DNA from: Sanchytrium tribonematis
Lineage: Eukaryota
Assembly: GCA_018985235.1 (NCBI GenBank)
Contig: JADGIG010000030.1
Location: 1-37,178, forward strand
DNA length: 37,178 nt
Direction: 5' to 3'
Shown: positions 8,401 through 17,221 of the stretch, in pieces
Position numbering within the stretch: position 1 is the stretch's first letter
Layout of the letters: the number at the start of each line of letters is the position of its first letter
The notes under the pieces: generated by a model
Told to the model about the DNA's origin: nothing
What the model saw: only the letters and a program-made list of their open reading frames with translations
Database searches by the model: none
Program-made: the position numbers and the translations under genes

Positions 8401-11393
8401 TCAAATTGACAATAATCAGCCAATCCTTCAACGCCAATAGAATATTTTGAAAATGTGTCAACAAATGATTCTGGCAGACTGAATTGCATAGAAAGGGAAG
8501 AATTAGTGGTCTGATTGTATAAAATTGGCATATTTTGCTGTTGACTGGCTAATGTGCCACACGAAGACCCATTGACAATTGTATTCACTATCCCATTGAT
8601 ACCATTTACATTTAAGGCAACATTTAACAAGTTATTTACCCATTGAACATCTTGGATCATGTCTAGAGACAATTTACCACTCCCTACTAAAATATTATTT
8701 TGATAAGTCATATAGCAGTATTTATGAGACAGAGTCATTTGGATTTGAACATTTTGGGTACAGGATCCACCAATATTTAGGGGAATCAATTCACTTAATT
8801 GTGTAATATTGAAATTTTGGTACTGATTTGTAATAGGATAAGATAATCCAGTAAACCGCATTTGCAGAGTAAATTGGCGATCAATATAAGACTGAAGTAA
8901 TGTATAAAGTGTCATGTTATTGCTGAGACTGATGGATAATCCATTTGGAATATTTGGCGCATTCGCTTGATTTGGAGGTGTTGGGCGAATCAGGGAATTG
9001 TATTTCATGTTGTAAAGTATGTCATCATTGTATTGGGGGCCTTTGTTTTGAATACTAAAGCTGGAACTTTTGAAAATGCATGTGTCAGTGCCTTTTCTAT
9101 TTGTGCCGCTAATAGAGAAATCCATGTAAAATTGCGTAGAGCGAAATGGTGCTGGAATTACAAATTGCATCAATCCAGTGGATTTGGTTGTGTTGGGTAG
9201 TGTAACAGAATTTGTCAAATTTACAGGACATCCGTAGTAAATAATGTCAACTTGAGCATTATATTGATTCAACCAATTAACAAATTGCGTCGTAAAATTA
9301 AATTGCATTTGCTTTCCATTGGTTATAGAATACCCAGAGTACCAAGGCTGAATTAAATACGGATTGGCCCCACCGCTGAAAGTGCTAGTCGACTGTAAAT
9401 TACATTGATTGCCGTTACTAATGTCCATTTTCAAAGAGAATTGAGAGTTTACGTTTACCAATTCACTTGGGATATTAAAAACCAACATATTATTAAACAA
9501 AGCACTGGAATCTGAAGTAATCGTCGTAGAATTACAGCCAGAAATTATTAACTGAAAATTCATGGTGTACTGCTGATTAAAGTAATACATTAGACTATTT
9601 AAAGGATTAGGTGCAAAGCTGAGTTGAATTTGACTATTATTTGTATTAGAATATGTAGGAGTAATTTGCATAACTTTCAAGTAAGGGTCTCCATTAAATG
9701 TCGCCGTAGGAGCTGAAACGATCTGCGAATTTAAAGTACATTGAACACCGTTGTATAAGTTCATTGCAGTGAAACTCAAGGAATAAGTTGTCTCTTGAAA
9801 TTTATAAAGTGTCGTATCAACAGTGAATTGAATCAGATTGGAATTATTGGTGTATTGAGTGACCTGTGTGGACTGACATGGATTACTCACACTCAAAACT
9901 AAATTATGAAATTGATAAGTAGAATAAGTAGTTTTGTCAAATTGAACACCATTTGCATATGATGTCAACTTGGATTTTGTTATTGCGGAAAATCCGACCT
10001 GGCTAGTGGTATTTGAAAAGGTATACTGTCTTTGGTAAAGTACCGTTTCTCCATTCGGATATTGCACGCCTTGAACTTTGTTGTTGATGTCAAAGGACAG
10101 TGTTAAGTTGGGTGGATTTTGTAATGTTTTTTGGGATTGTAATTGGAAAGGAGTAGCAGACGATACGCCATCACAATAGAGGTCAAATCTTTGATTGGTC
10201 AGATCTATTACATAAAACAAGTAATCGGTTGGGTTCGGAACAAGTGGCAAAATTTGAAATGACGTATTCACATTTTGAAATTGAATTCCATTATTGAGAA
10301 AAAAAGTATATGTATTGGGATTGGGCCTCTTCGCAGCACTATAATAAGGCAAGGTGGGTGTTATAACATTACTCAAAACAATTTGGGATGGATAAACATC
10401 AATAAATGAGTCAAATTTGAAATATCTAGTCGGGTCCTCACTCTGACCTTGATTGTTTAGTAATTTTTGAGGAAAACTAGTTGTGCCTATTAATTGAAAA
10501 GAATAAGAAACAAAACTGTGAGACACAGCCTGGCCCTCGCTTTTCATATAATAATCAAAAGTAAGACTGGATACGGACCAGTCATAATCAAATGCTGGGT
10601 AGTCGAGATAGGGTGCTGATTGTGTTGGGGGAATCGTTACACCAGATGAAATTTTAAATAGATTTTTGTATACTGGATAATCAATTGCATTTGGAATTTG
10701 AGTGAAGTCAGAGGGAAGATTTCTTACACATTGAACCAAAGAAAGGTGATTAGTGCTAGTGGTGGTATTCCTGACTAAATATAGAAACTCATTTGTTATT
10801 CTTACCGTACCTGAAATAACATCCGAAGTTTTAAACGAACTAGGAAGAGGGTTTGCGAACTTAATTGTTCCTAAACCATTTAATTGTAATACAATTAGGA
10901 TATACGGCGCGTTGGTTGAGCCTATACTTCCTGAATTTTGAATCTCTAAGTGAATAGTTTGTTGAATTATTGTTGCCTTTAATGACTTAGCAGTAAAACT
11001 GGTTGCAGCAACAGTGTTCCATAAATTAATTGTGAACATAGGTGTAGGAGACGAACAATTGACTCCTATACTAAATACTTGAATAACATCTCTAGTCTGG
11101 GGTGTTATTGTTCCTGCCTTGTACATAAATTTAACGACAGTATTGTTTTGTTTACTCATTGCGTATGACACTAAGGCTGTAGATGAGTCACAATCAGTCC
11201 AAGTTCCTAGTTTGTTGAAGTACATTTTACTCTGGTCCCTAGAAACAGAATAATATACACCTCCTGGAAAATTAAGATCATATATCCCACCACCATATAA
11301 TGAATCGTACATATAATTTGGAGCCGGTGTTTTAGTTGCAATGGCTCCAGAATCTTTCAGTAATATACCTCCAAATATTGAACTCCATAACAT
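5490..11393 (-). CDS. 1967-aa receptor-like membrane protein: large ectodomain with internal repeats, IPT/TIG-like domain, Cys-rich region and multi-pass TM C-terminus
   Basis: Uninterrupted ORF. IEILGSKFG...WANYKIV...IKVGN is TIG-like; CAPCPDGSTC, CYPAEAC and CQTGYAGDRCGDC form a Cys-rich module; about 9 hydrophobic helices with NYFQIL, PECI and FKPY motifs. Confidence 0.85.
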   Translation of the reverse strand: MLWSSIFGGILLKDSGAIATKTPAPNYMYDSLYGGGIYDLNFPGGVYYSVSRDQSKMYFNKLGTWTDCDSSTALVSYAMSKQNNTVVKFMYKAGTITPQTRDVIQVFSIGVNCSSPTPMFTINLWNTVAATSFTAKSLKATIIQQTIHLEIQNSGSIGSTNAPYILIVLQLNGLGTIKFANPLPSSFKTSDVISGTVRITNEFLYLVRNTTTSTNHLSLVQCVRNLPSDFTQIPNAIDYPVYKNLFKISSGVTIPPTQSAPYLDYPAFDYDWSVSSLTFDYYMKSEGQAVSHSFVSYSFQLIGTTSFPQKLLNNQGQSEDPTRYFKFDSFIDVYPSQIVLSNVITPTLPYYSAAKRPNPNTYTFFLNNGIQFQNVNTSFQILPLVPNPTDYLFYVIDLTNQRFDLYCDGVSSATPFQLQSQKTLQNPPNLTLSFDINNKVQGVQYPNGETVLYQRQYTFSNTTSQVGFSAITKSKLTSYANGVQFDKTTYSTYQFHNLVLSVSNPCQSTQVTQYTNNSNLIQFTVDTTLYKFQETTYSLSFTAMNLYNGVQCTLNSQIVSAPTATFNGDPYLKVMQITPTYSNTNNSQIQLSFAPNPLNSLMYYFNQQYTMNFQLIISGCNSTTITSDSSALFNNMLVFNIPSELVNVNSQFSLKMDISNGNQCNLQSTSTFSGGANPYLIQPWYSGYSITNGKQMQFNFTTQFVNWLNQYNAQVDIIYYGCPVNLTNSVTLPNTTKSTGLMQFVIPAPFRSTQFYMDFSISGTNRKGTDTCIFKSSSFSIQNKGPQYNDDILYNMKYNSLIRPTPPNQANAPNIPNGLSISLSNNMTLYTLLQSYIDRQFTLQMRFTGLSYPITNQYQNFNITQLSELIPLNIGGSCTQNVQIQMTLSHKYCYMTYQNNILVGSGKLSLDMIQDVQWVNNLLNVALNVNGINGIVNTIVNGSSCGTLASQQQNMPILYNQTTNSSLSMQFSLPESFVDTFSKYSIGVEGLADYCQFESQKQFRVGTKTSRDSVLDKLVLTQNDVIMTNGILQLNNQNYTDRINYFNSLGYKVHSELSIIEHIGNNQTLDSNTDVCWKTNAINLYSYDIPTDYYNNTGDYQVKTTITSDDCSFSSQYQFHTENEPIIDYAYYKFGQIEILGSKFGNLDSCHRKKQVQLKIMGAFSGNLDVGIVRNASIEDWANYKIVIRSEPDVGFIQIKVGNFVSGWISVIKPLFRIKSYMNAELLNGKQHFEILLNRDGLKDTDIWEIDSSNDLFLAFSRPRGNISDLVIFDLDRDKTANGLAIYFTINSVVPGVIIVELKRTPTISGQNLTPNIYTDAAGNYLFSVIIKNILKYSLVDYPSLSNKYDSDYLVDNSRTFFNESQYVRSEYQIDAMFKVSTDAVVGSTSADGARLMADGFMINIGSFQSNVSEVINFVNSNITWKYDNQNTKILKVGDFPLKVQMSLSDSRNPASSADFPIVAILTCDTGSVPNVFGATNNNKISLCAPCPDGSTCSATGNTAPDGKKGFYEILNSGVYQFAPCYPAEACLGTSTCQTGYAGDRCGDCAPVHYKTAGGYCKDCPKTDPNVLIAAMVIFLVLFSIILVIMLRIGKYLAAISIAINYFQILYVFKSILLNWSQQVYNMFDIVSIFSFNIEIAAPECIDPNVNYFTKGEVMFLIPPSLLVILLFCGISVSSPFNYPYLIIKGMIVSKEFKLPNLPPFSKKQFKSNLSTSIRGFHILLQFIFVSLCSWSLGFFNCVQFGPDLVVNQARSFVCYQGTHLRNLPYFISSVAIYAFGIPLYFTFIYFCMYQTIFKSDRWISIKDQMTKLIITENTIYKPNTQFIVVVQIIMKLIILASQNFIGSVPTQAMIIQLTIFTYIGFLIYFKPYVERDHTLADIFCQICCILTLSCGILFLTDVGDNPDMNNFLTALVIGITCVCVVGAIVFVGRDFKRGTVVLTKKLNEKEKMATLKKSQLKEKLAF

Positions 11394-11629
11394 GTAGTGT
11401 TTGAGGGTACGACGTCACCAGCGAAAATTAATGTGGCCCTATATGTAATCTTAATTTTATTCCAAGATTTTGGTAAGCATCAATTACTTATATTCGTTGA
11501 AAAACTTTAACATCGTCTGCCTGTTTGTGATTTTTTCTCCTTAATGATATAAATGCTTGATATTTCAATATCTAAATTGAATTGAAATCCATAAAATGTC
11601 TTATTCTTTGCCTCTGATCAACCTCACAA

Positions 11630-13609
11630 ATGAAACAAATAACAATTGTGGCAGAGCTCCCCAACGGAATCTGTAAATTAATTAGGTTTGATGCAACCAA
11701 ACATTTTAATCACGACGATTTGCGGGAAAAGATTAAAACTGTATTTGATTTAAAAATTAACTTGGATCGAATATCGTATGAAGGTTTAACCGCTGAAGCC
11801 CAATTAAACAAAAACTTTGTATTGTCTCACAATTCGAACAAGAAGGCTCTTAAAGTCCAAGTAGCGTATTCCCTTTTTGTGTCCCTTCCGTACAAAGAAC
11901 CAACCTGGATATATTTGCCTGAAAAGATACTGCAGAAGAAGAAACAATGCTCAGGAAGCGACATGAGAAAGTATTTAAAGGATTATTTTCAACTGAATTG
12001 TTTACTTTCAGATATTGAATTACCTCAATTTAAGCAAACAAGTTTAAAAGATTGTGTATTTAAAAATTATAATACTCCAGAAACTGCATTAATAATTATG
12101 GTGCCTTCATTTAAGAATATATTCCAATTTGATTTTCAGGATGAACTGGAATGTATTTCAAATAGACTACATGTAAGCTCGAAGATATTTCTACGCGATT
12201 GTTATGGAAGAATCTGCGATGAAATATTTAACGCTGAAAAAGAAAATTTGGAATTACGAAAAAAAATATGTGAAGTTCGCGCATTTTTCTATCTAACGGG
12301 CACTCTGGGAATTGGCAAAACTGCATTTACGATATATTTGATAAACAAACTCAAAAGCATGAAAAGAGAGATATTTTTTGGATCTAAAGAACTTGCTCAT
12401 TTTGTTTACTGGAATGCTAAAGGTGGGTACGAAATTGTCCCGGAAACCGATTTCGAAAAATACTCTGTCAATGACAAGATTTTTTTCATATTTGACTCAA
12501 TAGAATATAAAGCTTCTGTACTAGGGACGTGCTTGATTTCTTCATCCCCAAGGTCTGGTATTGCAAAACAGTTTAGAAAAATAGCTACAAAATTATATAT
12601 GCCCATTTGGAGTTGGGAAGAAATCCAAAAGTTATATGATTTGCGATACAGTACCTTTTTTACGAGAGACATAATTTCATGCAGATATTTACTTTTGGGT
12701 GGTGTACCAAGGCTCATTTTTAATTTTGAAGAAAATAATTCTTCTATTCAAGTTTTAAACGACGCAGTTTCGAATGTTGGTTCTAAAAAGTTAAAAAATT
12801 TTCATGAATCTGTAGTAAGTGACGAAGTATTGCACAAAGTGATACAGGTTCATTGTCCTGAATATACAGATAGTCTATTTGGGAACTTTGAATTGAAATA
12901 TGCATCAGATTTTGTTACAACTTTGGTCTTACAAAAGTTTAAGAAAGATTATTTTGATAGAGTAAATCACTTCTTAAATGATACGATCGATGTCGGAATG
13001 ACTGGTGGACTGAGAGGCAATTTACATGAGCAGCTGGGACACATTCAATTATGGAAAGGCGATACATTTCAATGCAGAAATCTTAAAACGTCTAATGTAT
13101 TCTCTTTTAATTTTCCTTCTTCCACACTTTTACCAATCTCTGACAACTTGAGTGATCTGCAAGCTATGCAGTGGGAAGAGAACATATACTACAAACCAAT
13201 TTCAAAGTGCTTTGAGTGCCTTGACTCTTTCTTAGTAAAAGAGGGTGAGTTGTGGGGATTCCAATTTATCTCGTCTAAAAATCATATTATCACAAGTGCA
13301 CTGTATTGGTGTTGGCAAAATTGTGACTTAAAGCATTATGTGGTAGTGGTCGATGACTACAGAGTCTTTGAAAAATATAGCATTCGAGATGTAAAACCAT
13401 CTAAAATACACCCATTTAGTCAATACAATGAAGCACCATCTGAATTTAATTTAAAGCACTATATCATGTTGATAAATCGAGACAAATTTGAATTATCAGT
13501 CCGAGATCTCAGAATTGCGCAGGAAACTCAATTTACATCATTTGTAAAACAGCCTTGGTCGAAAATTACAAAATCAGAGTTTCAAAGACTTCAAGATTCT
13601 CTTGTTTAA
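11630..13609 (+). CDS. Crinkler (CRN)-type effector: N-terminal header + P-loop NTPase + PD-(D/E)XK REase-like domain
   Basis: Walker A GTLGIGKT; IFDS, ISSSPR, LYMPIWSWEEI and GGVPR (CR-NTPase); LRGNLHEQLGH, YYKPISKCFECLDSF and GFQFISSKNH (CR-REase). Confidence 0.85.
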   Translation: MKQITIVAELPNGICKLIRFDATKHFNHDDLREKIKTVFDLKINLDRISYEGLTAEAQLNKNFVLSHNSNKKALKVQVAYSLFVSLPYKEPTWIYLPEKILQKKKQCSGSDMRKYLKDYFQLNCLLSDIELPQFKQTSLKDCVFKNYNTPETALIIMVPSFKNIFQFDFQDELECISNRLHVSSKIFLRDCYGRICDEIFNAEKENLELRKKICEVRAFFYLTGTLGIGKTAFTIYLINKLKSMKREIFFGSKELAHFVYWNAKGGYEIVPETDFEKYSVNDKIFFIFDSIEYKASVLGTCLISSSPRSGIAKQFRKIATKLYMPIWSWEEIQKLYDLRYSTFFTRDIISCRYLLLGGVPRLIFNFEENNSSIQVLNDAVSNVGSKKLKNFHESVVSDEVLHKVIQVHCPEYTDSLFGNFELKYASDFVTTLVLQKFKKDYFDRVNHFLNDTIDVGMTGGLRGNLHEQLGHIQLWKGDTFQCRNLKTSNVFSFNFPSSTLLPISDNLSDLQAMQWEENIYYKPISKCFECLDSFLVKEGELWGFQFISSKNHIITSALYWCWQNCDLKHYVVVVDDYRVFEKYSIRDVKPSKIHPFSQYNEAPSEFNLKHYIMLINRDKFELSVRDLRIAQETQFTSFVKQPWSKITKSEFQRLQDSLV

Positions 13610-13754
13610 CATCTTCATCTTCACGCTATGCACATAAACTTGAATTTAAATTAAGTTCTAAAATTTTCTCGCAATTGGATAATTTTCCATACATTGGCGT
13701 GAAATGCACTTACTTCACATTACCATTCAAAAATAAATGACTTACAACTATTTA

Positions 13755-16373
13755 TTATTGACTTAGCATTGATGCATCAAATGTCATACCTTCTACTTTT
13801 TTGACAATCGCATCGCCATTCTCAGCAGTTTTAATCAGTTTTTTGATGTCTTGGACCTTTTTCATTTGAGATTTCATATTAGAGCCTCTTCCACGTTGTT
13901 TCTTTTGTTTTCTAGTGACAACCATGGTTGGAGAAGTCCATTCTACATAATGATTCTTTTGATAAACATCACCCATTGCCTTTTGTGCAGTTAGTTTCAA
14001 ATAGTATGATCCATTTGGAATCTCTTGCCATTTCTTTAGTGATTTGTCAGTAGCAACACATCCAACACAATAAGCACCATTTTCCAATTCAGTTGCTAAA
14101 ACAAATGGGTACATGTATGACCACGGATCTTGTTGGTTAAACTGGCCAGAGTGTCTTCCCACATGCTTTTGATAATGTGTGATTCCAATAGCTTTGTTGG
14201 TTGCCTTGTCAATGACTTGAATTTGTAATGCTTCAACTGGATGTACAAACCTAGCAACTAAAATTGGAATTTCGCCTGTTTGGTCATTAAATTTAGTGGT
14301 AAAAGATTCTTCAGGCTTATGGAACATGCTTCCTTTCTGCATGCTGTCAATAATTAATGGTAAAGGCAATTGCTCATCATATTCTGGAAATGGGTCAATG
14401 CTTAGATAATCTCCCTTGAATCCACCAAATGGAATGCTGATTACTTCTCCATCACTCACACATTTAACATAACCACTAAAAATCCAGTGTTCCTCGTCCT
14501 TTAAACTTGCATCAGGGGTGATTTTAACTTTGATTGTGGTTGCTTTACCAGGCACAACTGTGACTTGCTTTGGAACATCCACACTGTTAGTAACTTGCTG
14601 CGTGAATACTTCCCCATGTTGAGTACCACGTACGGCGATAGCATCTTCATGTGAACATGTGAATTGCTTAGTTTCCTTTGCGGTGCTAGAGATACTTACA
14701 GTCGTTTGCTTTACCCATGATTTGGACTTGTCAGCTCCCAAAGTTAACTTTGAAGGATTGACAGTCATGGTGTTTTTGATCAAATTCATCATGTTGACCA
14801 TACCACCTCCTTGTTGAGCAACACTAAAAATGTCTTGTTGTTTAGCTGGAACAGCAGTTGTCATAATTCTAGATTTAAAGTCTTTTGGATCTTTAAATTT
14901 CTCCAAGTAAAGAGCAGCACAACCCACAATATAAGGAGTAGCCATTGATGTTCCACTCCAAACAGCATAACAATCTTGTCCACCACATTCTGATTTAGGG
15001 ATGCTGCTAAATATTTGATGACCAGGTGCTCCAATCTCAGGCTTAATTTGCAATTCGCTTCCTAATCCCCAACTTGTGAAAAATGATGGATCTCCACCAC
15101 CTTCAATACGCAAAGTGTCTGATTTGTCAGTAAATGTAATTGTTTTAATTTCATCAGAGAATAATGCACCAACAGATTTTTGTAAATATAATACTGGATA
15201 GTCATATGAAGTAAATGCTGTAAAGTATTGGTCTTTATCATTGATCATAAATACAACTGGGATTCCAGATTTATAAGCATTAATAATCTTTGTGTCTAAA
15301 TCACAATCTCCGACGCTAACTGCACCAATAGTTTTAGCTGGAAATCCAGTTAGTGGCGCACATAATTTGCCTGCGTTTTTAACTGGTAACGGAGGTGTTT
15401 GGCTATTTCCACCAGCTTTTGTAAATTGATAAGGATAAGTTTTGCCATCCAAAACAAACTCTCTCAAAGACACAAGTGGCTTATTATCCATACTTGCAAC
15501 AGCTAAAGTATTTTTGGCAATAGCAGGAGATCCAGACATATACAGACCGTCTCTTCCATCGTTTCCATTAGCAGCAACTACAATAATATTTTTCTTGTGA
15601 AGCTCTTCTAATGCTTCTTCCAAAATACCATGATCCCAACCACTTGATGATCCTAAACTCAAATTAACAACATCCATTTTATCTTTGGCTGTTTGAGCTA
15701 AAGCCTCTAAGATATGGAAGTCAGAGGCGCCATCATTAGCACCAAAAACTTTATATCCTCCAAATACAACATTGGGCGCAACTCCTGTCAAATTTCCGTT
15801 TTTACCACCTACAATACCTGAAACGTGAGTACCATGACCTCCTGCGGTATCCATACAATCATTGAAATCATTTTGCTCCGTAAAATCGTAGCCAATAATT
15901 ACTCTACAGCCTGGTCCCAAACAAGACTTGCCATCTTCATTTGCAAATGCGCTATGAGTATAGTCAATTCCAGTATCTACAATACCAATTCTAATACTTC
16001 TTCCAGTTAAACCAAATTCTTGTCTCACTTCATTGACACCAGTCAACTCATGTGCTGAATTGACCAAAGGTTTTTTTGAAGTTCCTGGTTGCTTTAATAC
16101 ACGCGGTTTAGGAAAAGTAACAGATTTGACTAACTTTGCTACACCTTCAGCTTTACTCACTTGTGCTCTTTGATCATCAGGTATTTCAACTTGAATGACG
16201 TTTGTCAAGTATGTAGAGGATCCAGTTTTCTTAACTTTCAAACCTTGTTGCCTTAATTTAGCCAAAAGATCCTCTTGTGATTTTAAAACTTGGTTTTGAG
16301 TTAAACCGTCCACTTCGGACATGCTATTCACTTGAAGTAAGTAGGTCGCTGCAAAACAAGTTGGAATCAACAT
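13755..16373 (-). CDS. Secreted subtilisin-like serine protease (S8) with prodomain, PA insert and Fn3-like C-terminal domain
   Basis: Catalytic triad motifs IVDTGIDY, HGTHVSG and GTSMATP; oxyanion AANGN; KPEIGAPG; FSGYV in the Fn3-like region. Confidence 0.95.
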   Translation of the reverse strand: MLIPTCFAATYLLQVNSMSEVDGLTQNQVLKSQEDLLAKLRQQGLKVKKTGSSTYLTNVIQVEIPDDQRAQVSKAEGVAKLVKSVTFPKPRVLKQPGTSKKPLVNSAHELTGVNEVRQEFGLTGRSIRIGIVDTGIDYTHSAFANEDGKSCLGPGCRVIIGYDFTEQNDFNDCMDTAGGHGTHVSGIVGGKNGNLTGVAPNVVFGGYKVFGANDGASDFHILEALAQTAKDKMDVVNLSLGSSSGWDHGILEEALEELHKKNIIVVAANGNDGRDGLYMSGSPAIAKNTLAVASMDNKPLVSLREFVLDGKTYPYQFTKAGGNSQTPPLPVKNAGKLCAPLTGFPAKTIGAVSVGDCDLDTKIINAYKSGIPVVFMINDKDQYFTAFTSYDYPVLYLQKSVGALFSDEIKTITFTDKSDTLRIEGGGDPSFFTSWGLGSELQIKPEIGAPGHQIFSSIPKSECGGQDCYAVWSGTSMATPYIVGCAALYLEKFKDPKDFKSRIMTTAVPAKQQDIFSVAQQGGGMVNMMNLIKNTMTVNPSKLTLGADKSKSWVKQTTVSISSTAKETKQFTCSHEDAIAVRGTQHGEVFTQQVTNSVDVPKQVTVVPGKATTIKVKITPDASLKDEEHWIFSGYVKCVSDGEVISIPFGGFKGDYLSIDPFPEYDEQLPLPLIIDSMQKGSMFHKPEESFTTKFNDQTGEIPILVARFVHPVEALQIQVIDKATNKAIGITHYQKHVGRHSGQFNQQDPWSYMYPFVLATELENGAYCVGCVATDKSLKKWQEIPNGSYYLKLTAQKAMGDVYQKNHYVEWTSPTMVVTRKQKKQRGRGSNMKSQMKKVQDIKKLIKTAENGDAIVKKVEGMTFDASMLSQ

Positions 16374-16586
16374 GATCCATTGGGCTCGAATTCAATTTTA
16401 TAAGTATCAATGACATCATTTGAGACATGTGAGGAGGATTATTACATCAAAAACATCCAGATCTCACAATAATGGATGTGTTATTACTAATTTGGGCTAA
16501 TTTTGCACAATTAAGCAAATTTGCAAGCAATTTACCCATTTAGCTACTGTAGAAAGTCAGATTTGTATTAATCACTTTAGGTCAAA

Positions 16587-17129
16587 ATGTCGAAAAATTT
16601 AATTTCAAGTGCATTAAAAACTAAACTTGCCAAACCATTTGCATTTTCAAAGAGCAATTTCAATACCACTGGCACATACCAGCCATTCAAGGCTACTCCA
16701 ATGCCAAAGTTCACAAATATATTCAAGGTGAAATACTCCAAACCAAAATTATATCACTTCAGTGATTATACAAACAAATTAGCCACTTCTAAAGTCAAAA
16801 TCACAAATACCAGGGTGGTAAATGCCGAAGGAGAACTGAAAAATGTTTTTTGCAGAAATAATGCAATTATTACGCCATCTGTGGAATCTTTAAAAAAGAA
16901 AATTATTTTTAACAAAAACGATTCTGCAATAGTTTTATCTAAACAATCAAGCCCCGTTGAATTACAAGACTTGTATGATTATAGCAAAGAAAACAAACGA
17001 GCGAGTCGCTTCTTTAAAGTTGAGATGTGGCTGCATTCTTTATATGGTTCTGGCGGAGACTACGAAAATGTGTCAGAGATGATTTATTCAAACAAAAATT
17101 TGTCCACATGGTTGGATCAGTTTGAATAA
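16587..17129 (+). CDS. Hypothetical protein (basic N-terminus, possibly mitochondrial)
   Basis: 180-aa ORF with A-rich ATG context and stop inside AATAAA; long Lys/Ser-rich N-terminus without acidic residues; no family recognised. Confidence 0.6.
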   Translation: MSKNLISSALKTKLAKPFAFSKSNFNTTGTYQPFKATPMPKFTNIFKVKYSKPKLYHFSDYTNKLATSKVKITNTRVVNAEGELKNVFCRNNAIITPSVESLKKKIIFNKNDSAIVLSKQSSPVELQDLYDYSKENKRASRFFKVEMWLHSLYGSGGDYENVSEMIYSNKNLSTWLDQFE

Positions 17130-17221
17130 ATCATCGCTTGAATTTAGTCTTTTACCTTTTAAATTCAGTTGTATCAAATATACTCAAGCTTGTCAACTTT
17201 TATTTTTAACTCCATAAAACG

